Positions 9,931 to 17,670 of a DNA stretch of 64,000 nt are shown piece after piece. The DNA is from Cyanophyceae cyanobacterium (GTDB taxonomy: Bacteria; Cyanobacteriota; Cyanobacteriia; Cyanobacteriales; Laspinemataceae). Position numbers and translations under genes: made by a program. Location of the stretch: NCBI GenBank assembly GCA_038321985.1, contig JBBQFN010000001.1:224001-288000 (forward strand), read 5' to 3'. How positions within the stretch are numbered: position 1 is the stretch's first letter; the number at the start of each line of letters is the position of its first letter. Under the pieces are notes generated by a model. The model was given only the letters and a program-made list of their open reading frames with translations, was not told where the DNA came from and ran no database searches.

Positions 9931-11772
9931 TCAGGAAAAATAGTGACCAGCAACTGTTTCAAAATCTAGGGTCATCAGACGAATGTATCCAGCCATAAAT
10001 TCCGGATGGTATTTCAATGTCTCATTTTGCCTGTATCCCGGCAATATAAATTGGCTTACAATATTTAGATAATCAGATGGAAAAGAAATATTTTCCATGT
10101 TTTTTTGCAGGAGGTACTCATAAATAAATTGTTTTCTTACACTTTTAGTTTTAATATCTTCCTGGTTCTCGGGATTTAGATAATATTCAATATCCGAATA
10201 TTTTATATCAATCACCTTAATGGAATAACTTAATATTTTTTTTATTTCGCTAAGGAAGCAATTAAACTCTGAAGTGATTTCCTTATCATTGAAAGCTAAG
10301 CTGGTTCCGTTTCTAAGAAGTGATATTGAAAAAATATCATGTTTTTTTAAAGGATGTATGAATTTATTTAAGAATTCACCGGGTTTAACTAATCCTTTTG
10401 TAAAAGCAATATAAAAAATATGGTTAAAATAATACATTTTATGTAATTCTTTAATTGTTATCATACGCTTATTTAATGGCCAAAACGAGTAAAAATTATT
10501 AGGAAAAGGTTTTTTAATTAATATTTCATCATTTGTTCTCTCATAATGTATTTGTAGATATTCAATTGAATGTTTATCTTTCTCTTGATCTGGAATATAA
10601 CAAACTTTTATTTCGTAAGGAGCAGAGTCGTCTTTAAGTTTAAAATAAGTCGAATAGTGCCAATCATTCCAGTCGGTTATTCCATCTGCCTTTCTTTTTC
10701 GTGTTAATAAATAAGTAAATTCATGGTGGGCCAAAAGATTTTTAAAAATGACCATATCAGGGATTAATTTTGTCTTATTAAAATGGAAACAATGTGATAA
10801 ATCTATTTCTTTACGCTCTTTCTTCCAATCTTTAATTAATTTTTCCGATACCACGCTATAATCTAAATAAAGAATGTTACTGGTCGTTGTTGTTTTCATA
10901 AAACAGGTTAAGCACATCGATTCCCATACGCTATGAAAATTATTAATACCCCAGACTTCCCCCTCATTCGTTTGACGGAGTTCGCCATACAGGAATAATT
11001 CTATTGCTTCATAAAAATCCCAATAATCAGCATCTTTAAGTGGAGTATTATGATGGATAACCTCTAGTGCATCTTTGAGGACGTCCATCACCCATTCATA
11101 AGACTGTTCCTCAAATAAACTATATCCCGCTTCAATATGTTTATGGATAAATCGGTCTGATAAAGATTGAATTTCTGGGACAACCTCTTGGTCAAGTTGG
11201 TGTTTAATTTCGCAGAGTAAATAGCAGTACATTTCTACAATATCCGTGGATTCAAACTGAACCTGCTGACGAGGTAAGTTCATGTAATCGATATAAGCAG
11301 CCCCATTGGGTAAAAAAATAGCTCGATGTAGAAATTTATGAGACTGACTATGATCCAAAACCTCTGATTTACCCAAACGATACGCTAAACTTAAAATTTT
11401 AGGTTCGTCATAGGCATTCAAGATGCCACTGAACAGATCTAGCTTGGAGTAAAAAATGTTTTCCTCTTTTTCTTGATTATCCGTACTAACCTCTGAACCT
11501 TTAGTAATTCTGATAACTCCATCACGATCTGATGTCTTCATTGCTGAATTTGCATCAAGATAGCCCTTTTCAATGCAAATTGCCTTAAACGTATCGAATA
11601 TTTTATAAAACAGAAAAAATAAATCTCGGATCTCGTCAAAATTTTGTAGCGATGAAAGGTGTTCTTTAAAGCATTTGGGCAAGCAAAATCGCAATTTACC
11701 ATTGCGTCTTTCTATACCAACGAAAGAATATGTATCATTAACAACAAGCTCAAGTTTATGAAAATCAATCAT
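9931..11772 (-). CDS. LlaJI/McrC-like PD-(D/E)xK restriction nuclease subunit
   Basis: SFVGI N-terminus, WGINNFHSVWESMC, IPD (338-339), IDIKY (D522/K524) and KQFIY; lies downstream of the McrB-like gene. Confidence 0.7.
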   Translation of the reverse strand: MIDFHKLELVVNDTYSFVGIERRNGKLRFCLPKCFKEHLSSLQNFDEIRDLFFLFYKIFDTFKAICIEKGYLDANSAMKTSDRDGVIRITKGSEVSTDNQEKEENIFYSKLDLFSGILNAYDEPKILSLAYRLGKSEVLDHSQSHKFLHRAIFLPNGAAYIDYMNLPRQQVQFESTDIVEMYCYLLCEIKHQLDQEVVPEIQSLSDRFIHKHIEAGYSLFEEQSYEWVMDVLKDALEVIHHNTPLKDADYWDFYEAIELFLYGELRQTNEGEVWGINNFHSVWESMCLTCFMKTTTTSNILYLDYSVVSEKLIKDWKKERKEIDLSHCFHFNKTKLIPDMVIFKNLLAHHEFTYLLTRKRKADGITDWNDWHYSTYFKLKDDSAPYEIKVCYIPDQEKDKHSIEYLQIHYERTNDEILIKKPFPNNFYSFWPLNKRMITIKELHKMYYFNHIFYIAFTKGLVKPGEFLNKFIHPLKKHDIFSISLLRNGTSLAFNDKEITSEFNCFLSEIKKILSYSIKVIDIKYSDIEYYLNPENQEDIKTKSVRKQFIYEYLLQKNMENISFPSDYLNIVSQFILPGYRQNETLKYHPEFMAGYIRLMTLDFETVAGHYFS

Positions 11773-11906
11773 TTTTTAGTCTTGGGAAATTTACAAAAAT
11801 ATAGAAAAAATCTATCTAGCCGCTTAGTACCGGAGACTCTATAGATGGAGAAAAAAATTAGTTAAGCTAGGAAACATACCAGGGTTTAGTTTTATAGGTC
11901 AGTACC

Positions 11907-13052
11907 TCAAGAAGGATCTAGGTCAGGATAGGCTTTTATGGCACGATCCTTGGCATAAATCATAAACTCTTCTGTACGAGCTACAAAATCAGCATAAGTA
12001 ATAAGCGTTATATCTTTGTTGCCGGTTGCTTCAGCCAAGGCAGACTCTAACGGCCTTTTATCTCGTGAAAATACGTTATCCCAGAGATAAAACATAACTT
12101 TATCTTTAATTTTTTGTAAATCAATCTGTCCATTTTCGGGTTTAACAAACCACCAACCAATCTGTTTGTCTTCTATTCTCCTTATAAATTTTGAATTTGA
12201 TTTAATTATTTCATTCAGGCCAATCACACAAATATACCAATCTAAAGATTCTTCCTGAATGATTAACTTGGCATCGGCGATTCTATCAGGCAGTTTATCT
12301 TTAGTGAAATTTTCACCATTCGGTGAATCAATGTATTCCCAATCCCAACGCCGTTTAAAGGCACTGTCGAGATAATAAATAGATTCATCAGAAGTATTAA
12401 TTGTTGCAAGGATAGATAAATTACAGGGTATAGAAATCTTTCTTTGCTTAAGTAAAGATATAAGCCTTATTTGATTGTTGGTTGTTTCTCTATCATGATC
12501 ATGATTTTTTATTTTATCATTAAGGAATCCATCTATAGGGTAAAGTGTACGATTACAATCAACTTGGATTGTACCATCATTATCTACTTTGGGCTGATAT
12601 TGCATCGAACTTAGCAGCCCTACTAACTCCATTTCGGAAATATCGATTTCATAACTAGACCAGTCATCAATTTCGCGATCTAGTAGTTGAAAAGCAGTGC
12701 CAAAAATAGCTGAGGCATTCCCTCTATTCAATTCATCAATTACTAGCAAATAATGTTCATTGGTTTCATCTATTAAGCCACGATATGCCATTCCTAAAAT
12801 TTGGAGAAAATGCCCTGGATAAAATTTATAAATTACTGAATTTCCCTGAGTCAGCGGCAGCAGCTTTCCCATAAAGTCCGCATAAGTGTACTCAGGATGA
12901 AACACTGTTTTGATAGTATTTTTAAGCACTTTGCTCTCATCATCCCAAGTAATTCCTAGCTGCTTAGTAGCAATTTCCCTGATTTTGTAGCTTTTGCCAG
13001 TTCCAGGACTACCAAATAGTATTTTTTGAAGTGCTTTATGGGTGTAATTCAT
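11907..13052 (-). CDS. McrB-like AAA+ GTPase lacking an N-terminal recognition domain
   Basis: GSPGTGKS, FHPEYTYADF, IDELNRGN, McrB signature INTSD and LDSAFKRRW; start is ATG 13052 or GTG 13067. Confidence 0.88.
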   Translation of the reverse strand: MNYTHKALQKILFGSPGTGKSYKIREIATKQLGITWDDESKVLKNTIKTVFHPEYTYADFMGKLLPLTQGNSVIYKFYPGHFLQILGMAYRGLIDETNEHYLLVIDELNRGNASAIFGTAFQLLDREIDDWSSYEIDISEMELVGLLSSMQYQPKVDNDGTIQVDCNRTLYPIDGFLNDKIKNHDHDRETTNNQIRLISLLKQRKISIPCNLSILATINTSDESIYYLDSAFKRRWDWEYIDSPNGENFTKDKLPDRIADAKLIIQEESLDWYICVIGLNEIIKSNSKFIRRIEDKQIGWWFVKPENGQIDLQKIKDKVMFYLWDNVFSRDKRPLESALAEATGNKDITLITYADFVARTEEFMIYAKDRAIKAYPDLDPS

Positions 13053-13307
13053 AGCTACAGGGAACACTCGTAATGATTAGACTTAAAAGAACAGAAATCG
13101 GAGCAGTTTATCTTTAATTAAGCTCAATACTCCTTGGAGCAAAGCACAGATAACGGCCTGATGTTGGAAATGCTTGATGTTGTCCCGGAATATTTTTGTA
13201 CCAACCCAAATTTTACCACACCTGTTTCCGAGTTTAGCAGTAGGTCTACTCTAGGCAAGCATAAAGCAATACTTATGATTACTGGCATGGATCCATACAC
13301 TCTGCAC

Positions 13308-13457
13308 CTAGGCACTCTCTTCTGGATCCCTTATAGGGACTAGCGGCCCGATCGCATTCAGCAATTCTGGAATATTGCCTTTCAGTCCCCGGGCAAATTC
13401 TAACGCCAATTCCCCAGCTTTCAGAATATCCAAAAGTGATGCACTATCCCGCGACAT
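13308..13457 (-). pseudogene. HepT/DUF86 HEPN toxin with in-frame internal deletion (49 aa)
   Basis: My translation is MSRDSASLLDILKAGELALEFARGL|KGNIPELLNAIGPLVPIRDPEESA*: DUF86-like ends with no RxxxxH core; overlaps the MNT stop. Confidence 0.75.
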
Positions 13458-13785
13458 AAATCATCTGTGCTGTTTCTAAAATTTCTTGCCGACGAATCCA
13501 GTTATGACTTTGCTCGATCGCCTTTTTTGTGATTAAATCCACCGGACGCTCTAGCCAAATTTCCAGTTCTCGTTTCATCCGCACGAGTTCTAGTAATCCC
13601 CACCCCGCATTTGGCTGAAATTTTACCATCACATCAATATCACTATCGGGTCGAAAATCCTCCCGCAACACTGATCCAAACAAGTAAAACTCTTCAACCT
13701 TCCATCGCTGACAAAATTCTGCCATTTTTGCCGGAGGCAGTTTGATAGGGAGTTCTCGATTTAAAGGCAATTTCTGGATAGCCAT
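13444..13785 (-). CDS. MNT-family minimal nucleotidyltransferase antitoxin
   Basis: LFGSVLREDFRPDSDIDVMV and RPVDLIT motifs. Confidence 0.92.
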   Translation of the reverse strand: MAIQKLPLNRELPIKLPPAKMAEFCQRWKVEEFYLFGSVLREDFRPDSDIDVMVKFQPNAGWGLLELVRMKRELEIWLERPVDLITKKAIEQSHNWIRRQEILETAQMIYVAG

Positions 13786-13817
13786 ATCCTCTCAATTTAT
13801 CATACTCGATGGCCGAT

Positions 13818-14018
13818 TTATTCTCGTAGGCGTTCAGAAATTTGAATTAACAACCGCAAGGCTTCATTCACCGATTCCTGGGTGGGGAAAGCGCGAGCTA
13901 CATCTGGATCTAGCAGTACCAAATTCGTTCCTTTTTGATAACGCTCGACATATTTTCCCCGAACCCCTCCACTTAATTGAGATAAGTCATATTCATCAGA
14001 CAATTCATCGTTAGGCAT
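13818..14018 (-). CDS. Small BrnA-like putative antitoxin (orphan)
   Basis: DELSDEYDL...GVRGKY...VLLDPDVARAFPTQESVNEALRLL. Confidence 0.65.
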   Translation of the reverse strand: MPNDELSDEYDLSQLSGGVRGKYVERYQKGTNLVLLDPDVARAFPTQESVNEALRLLIQISERLRE

Positions 14019-14097
14019 GAGAGTCAATTAATCCGTTGATAGTCAAGGATAGATAATTTTATACCAAATCCTCCGTTCAAAAGTCGTTGTACTCTTT

Positions 14098-14172
14098 AGC
14101 CCGCGCAGGGTTCTGGTGAGCACCGTCGAACCACGGGCTTTGTCCGTATAGCCCCACCCTTTAGGGTGCGGG
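14098..14172. repeat. Composite REP-like hairpin element downstream of rph
   Basis: AGCCCG...CGGGCT stem enclosing GGTTC...GAACC, followed by CACCCTTTAGGGTG hairpin. Confidence 0.6.
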
Positions 14173-14174
14173 TT

Positions 14175-14909
14175 TTAATCCCCATTGTCTCCCCCGTAAA
14201 TGGCCTCTTTTTGTGCCGTTACTAATTCCTGAATACCCGTTTCAGCCATATCTAAAATGCGATTGAGTTCGGTGCGATTAAAACTGCCTGCTTCGGCGGT
14301 TCCTTGTAATTCGATAATATCCAACCGATCGCTCATCACTACATTAAAATCAATATCCGCTGCCACATCTTCCGGGTAGTTGAGGTCCAAATAGGGTTGT
14401 CCTTCAAATAACCCCACGGACACCGCAGCGACTTGGCGACAAATCGGCGACTGTTCTAACTCTCCCGATCGCACCAGTTTCTCGATCGCCAAGGCTAGGG
14501 CCACAAATCCCCCAGTAATCGACGTGGTACGGGTTCCGGCATCCGCTTGGAGGACATCGGCATCAATCAGAATTGTCCGTTCTCCCAGGGCTTTTAAATC
14601 GATTGCAGCGCGTAAACTGCGCCCGATGAGGCGTTGAATCTCTTGGGTGCGTCCCGACAGTTTCATGAATTCTCGGGATTGCCGTTGGGGGGTGGCACCG
14701 GGAAGCATTCGATATTCGGCGGTTAACCAGCCACTACCTTGATTGGCGAGGAATCGGGGGACTCCCGGTTCGATGGTGACGGTACAGAGTACCTGGGTGT
14801 CGCCACAACGGGTGAGGACAGAACTATTTGCAAAGCGAGTAAAGTCTTTTTCAAACCGAATCGGACGCAGTTGTGCCGGTTCTCGGCCATCAGGACGCTG
14901 CCAAGTCAT
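14175..14909 (-). CDS. rph: Ribonuclease PH
   Basis: [40 protein letters not shown] and ELQGTAE. Confidence 0.97.
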   Translation of the reverse strand: MTWQRPDGREPAQLRPIRFEKDFTRFANSSVLTRCGDTQVLCTVTIEPGVPRFLANQGSGWLTAEYRMLPGATPQRQSREFMKLSGRTQEIQRLIGRSLRAAIDLKALGERTILIDADVLQADAGTRTTSITGGFVALALAIEKLVRSGELEQSPICRQVAAVSVGLFEGQPYLDLNYPEDVAADIDFNVVMSDRLDIIELQGTAEAGSFNRTELNRILDMAETGIQELVTAQKEAIYGGDNGD

Positions 14910-14911
14910 GG

Positions 14912-15499
14912 TTAAGGTTGATCCTTGTTAGGGTTTACCGTTTTCCAGATGTCTTCTTTTACTTCTTCCGAGGGCCGATCGCCGTTTATAGTAAGCAGGC
15001 GATTGCCATAGTTGTAGTAGTCCAAAATGGGGATCGTGCGTTCGTGGAATAACTGGATCCGACGGCGCAGGAATTCTGGTTCATCATCGGGACGCCCCCT
15101 TTCGGGTCGCGTTTGCGATCGCTGGAGGGACCGGCGCATTAACTCTTCATCAGATACATTCAGCCAAATTGCCCAATCTAAGGTCTGCTGCAAGGATTCG
15201 AGCAAAAAATCTAGTTCTTCCGCTTGAAACGAGGTGCGGGGATAGCCATCAAGTAACCACCCATTTTCCGTATAGGGTTGGGTTAATTGTTCGCGAACGA
15301 ACTCAATCATGATCGGGTCCGGGACCAGTTCCCCGCGTTCTGCATAAGGTTGCGCCTGCCTGCCTAATTCAGTTTGGGCGGCGATCGCCTTAAACAGGAT
15401 TTCCCCGGTTGAAATGCAAGGGATATTCAAGCGACTGCATAGCTGACTCGCCTGGGTCCCCTTTCCTGCTCCTGGCCCTCCCAGAATTACCAATCTCAC
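14912..15499 (-). CDS. adk: Adenylate kinase-family nucleoside monophosphate kinase
   Basis: [29 protein letters not shown] and RPDD; short LID. Confidence 0.85.
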   Translation of the reverse strand: MRLVILGGPGAGKGTQASQLCSRLNIPCISTGEILFKAIAAQTELGRQAQPYAERGELVPDPIMIEFVREQLTQPYTENGWLLDGYPRTSFQAEELDFLLESLQQTLDWAIWLNVSDEELMRRSLQRSQTRPERGRPDDEPEFLRRRIQLFHERTIPILDYYNYGNRLLTINGDRPSEEVKEDIWKTVNPNKDQP

Positions 15500-15620
15500 G
15501 ACAAAAACTCCTCATGTTGGCCCAAAATAGACTCTACCACTGTTACCCTTCACAGGGAATAAATCTTAATTTCTCCCCCACTTTGTCCAAAGTTCCCACG
15601 CCTCGGGCATTTCGCGGGAT

Positions 15621-15679
15621 TTTGTACATTTAGTGTTTTTTCGTGGCATAATCGGGTTACCAAACACTACATATCGAGC
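15621..15679. promoter_or_regulatory. Candidate tandem NrdR boxes
   Basis: TTTGTACATTTAGTGT (15621-15636) and ACACTACATATCGAGC (15664-15679) resemble acaCwAtATaTwGtgt; starts are 43 nt apart. Confidence 0.5.
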
Positions 15680-15759
15680 GATTGGATTGCTAGAATTCAC
15701 TTCCTTGCAGTCTATCGGTCTAGTTTTTAGCATTCGTCACCCATCGGAATATTGCCATA

Positions 15760-16296
15760 ATGATTGCACAGCTTGAAAGTCCCACTCTCGATACCCCTTG
15801 TCGTCCACCTTACACGGTGGAAGGCTTGCTACAAGTCTTTACCAGCGCCCACCGTAACTTTTTTACCAGTGTCATGGCCCAGGCCCTGAGAATCTCCGGA
15901 CAGGGTACTCCGGTCTTGGTGGTCCAGTTTCTCAAGGGAGGAATCGGGCAAGGTCCCGAGGCCCCCGTTCAACTCGGACAACACCTGGATTGGGTTCGCT
16001 GCGATCTTCCTCGCTGCATTGATACTCCCGAGTTAGATGAAATAGAGGCCGGTTCTCTGCGAAAATTATGGGACTATACTCAACAGGTGGTTTCTGAAGG
16101 GAAGTATTCTCTTGTGGTTCTGGATGAGTTGAGTTTAGCCATTAGTTTTGGCTTGATTCCAGAAGCTGAGGTGTTGGAATTTTTAGTAAAACGCCCGAGT
16201 CACGTTGATATTATTTTAACGGGGCCGAATATGCCGGAACCCATTTTAGAATTAGCGGATCAAATCACTGAAATTCGTCGTAGCCATCGACCGTAG
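15760..16296 (+). CDS. CobO/BtuR-like P-loop protein with degenerate Walker A
   Basis: VQFLKG, LVVLDE, LTG and ADQITE motifs; GxGKGK replaced by FTSAHRNFFT. Confidence 0.8.
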   Translation: MIAQLESPTLDTPCRPPYTVEGLLQVFTSAHRNFFTSVMAQALRISGQGTPVLVVQFLKGGIGQGPEAPVQLGQHLDWVRCDLPRCIDTPELDEIEAGSLRKLWDYTQQVVSEGKYSLVVLDELSLAISFGLIPEAEVLEFLVKRPSHVDIILTGPNMPEPILELADQITEIRRSHRP

Positions 16297-16303
16297 GACA
16301 GGT

Positions 16304-16348
16304 AAGAATTAAGAATTAATGGGGGTTAACTCTTAATTCTTAATTCTT
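16304..16348. terminator. Bidirectional hairpin built from AAGAATT heptamers
   Basis: AAGAATTAAGAATTAA...TTAATTCTTAATTCTT-like arms between convergent genes. Confidence 0.55.
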
Positions 16349-16891
16349 TTAGAGGAGGGATGGGGTTGCCACAGAGGTTGGGTTCATCAAAAATGTAGCG
16401 GCTTTTTGGGCGATCGCCTCAGAAATATGAATTTTTTTGAGGGTGACTAACCCATCCTGAATAAAGGAATCTCGAACTAAAAGGCTGTTCCCACTGTTAA
16501 ACCCAGTCTCGTAGTAAACTTCTCGAATTCCGGCAGAAATAATTAATTTTAAGCAAGATAAACAAGGTTCGAGGGTGACATAAATGCTGGACCCTTCAGT
16601 GGAAATTCCATGCTTGGCAGCTTGGGCGATCGCATTCGCTTCTGCATGAACCGCCCGAGAGGGCAAAGTTTTACTTTCTGCACAGCTACTCAATCCCGGA
16701 TAACAGTAACCCTGGGCCGTACAATGGGCCGTACCCGATGGGGAACCATTGTAACCTGTTGCCACAACCTGTTTATTTTTAACAATCACTGCACCCACGG
16801 GAAAAGCAAGGCAAGTTGAGCGCATCGCCGCCAATTTTGCCAACATGATAAAATATTCATCCCATGTTGGCCTAAGTTCTTCCAGTTCCAT
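16349..16891 (-). CDS. dCMP deaminase (ComEB-like)
   Basis: RPTWDEYF, RSTC, VGAVIV, TGYNG, and zinc motifs HAEANA and PCLSC. Confidence 0.92.
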   Translation of the reverse strand: MELEELRPTWDEYFIMLAKLAAMRSTCLAFPVGAVIVKNKQVVATGYNGSPSGTAHCTAQGYCYPGLSSCAESKTLPSRAVHAEANAIAQAAKHGISTEGSSIYVTLEPCLSCLKLIISAGIREVYYETGFNSGNSLLVRDSFIQDGLVTLKKIHISEAIAQKAATFLMNPTSVATPSLL

Positions 16892-17205
16892 TAATTTTTA
16901 GCTACCCAATCGTTTCTATTTATGGTAACAGTTAGGGGAATAAAAGACGAATTATTGGCTCAAATATGATGGGTTTATAAGGGTGTCGAAAGTGCGTAAG
17001 ATAAAAACGTGCCATAAGATTAACAAGCATTATCCCGTATAATTTTAGGGAGTGCCTTAGCAACCTACCTATTATTCCGGAATTCTATTATTGATTTTTA
17101 CGCCAAAATTGATTACTATTATCCAGTCCAGCTTGCCTGGTGGATTGCCAATTGAGATAGCCCCCAGAAAAGTCCGGAGTTAGAAATTCACGGAAACCGC
17201 CCAAG

Positions 17206-17637
17206 ATGAAACTAAAAATTTATCCCTTACATCCGGATGCGATTATTCCAACTTATGCCCATGACAACGATTCCGCAATGGATTTATCAGCGAATGAAGC
17301 AGTGACGCTACATCCGGGAGAACGTAAGTTAATTGGAACTGGAATTGCGATTGAATTACCTGTATTGACAGAAGCACAAATTAGGCCAAGAAGTGGCTTA
17401 GCTTATAAACATGGAATTACGGTTTTGAATACACCGGGAACCATTGATGAAGGGTATCGGGGGGAAATTAAGGTAATTTTAATCAATCATGGACAAGAAG
17501 ACTTTCAGGTAGTTAAGGGAATGAGAATTGCTCAAATGGCAATCACCCCGATTTTAAGACCTGAAATTGAAGTGGCAGCTACGGAAATTCTGGCAACCGC
17601 AAGAGGTGCAAATGGGTTCGGATCGACGGGGGTATAG
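17206..17637 (+). CDS. dut: Trimeric dUTP diphosphatase
   Basis: [25 protein letters not shown] and [10 protein letters not shown]. Confidence 0.96.
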   Translation: MKLKIYPLHPDAIIPTYAHDNDSAMDLSANEAVTLHPGERKLIGTGIAIELPVLTEAQIRPRSGLAYKHGITVLNTPGTIDEGYRGEIKVILINHGQEDFQVVKGMRIAQMAITPILRPEIEVAATEILATARGANGFGSTGV

Positions 17638-17661
17638 AGAGAGTTTTGGTCTCTCTATACC
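17631..17661. terminator. 12-bp-stem hairpin between convergent dut and thyX
   Basis: GGTATAGAGAGA, 7-nt loop, TCTCTCTATACC. Confidence 0.7.
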
Positions 17662-17670
17662 GTCCGTAAG

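Noticed and set aside
13134..13343. 69-aa ORF as a separate McrB specificity subunit or lost N-terminus
   Set aside because: It is on the opposite strand with no motif; the minus-strand 63-aa ORF is unrecognisable and is separated from the GTPase by stops.
14912..15499. adk-family kinase as a dedicated modified-dNMP kinase of the cluster
   Set aside because: It has ordinary adenylate kinase motifs and is coupled to rph, so it is most likely a core gene; kept only as context.
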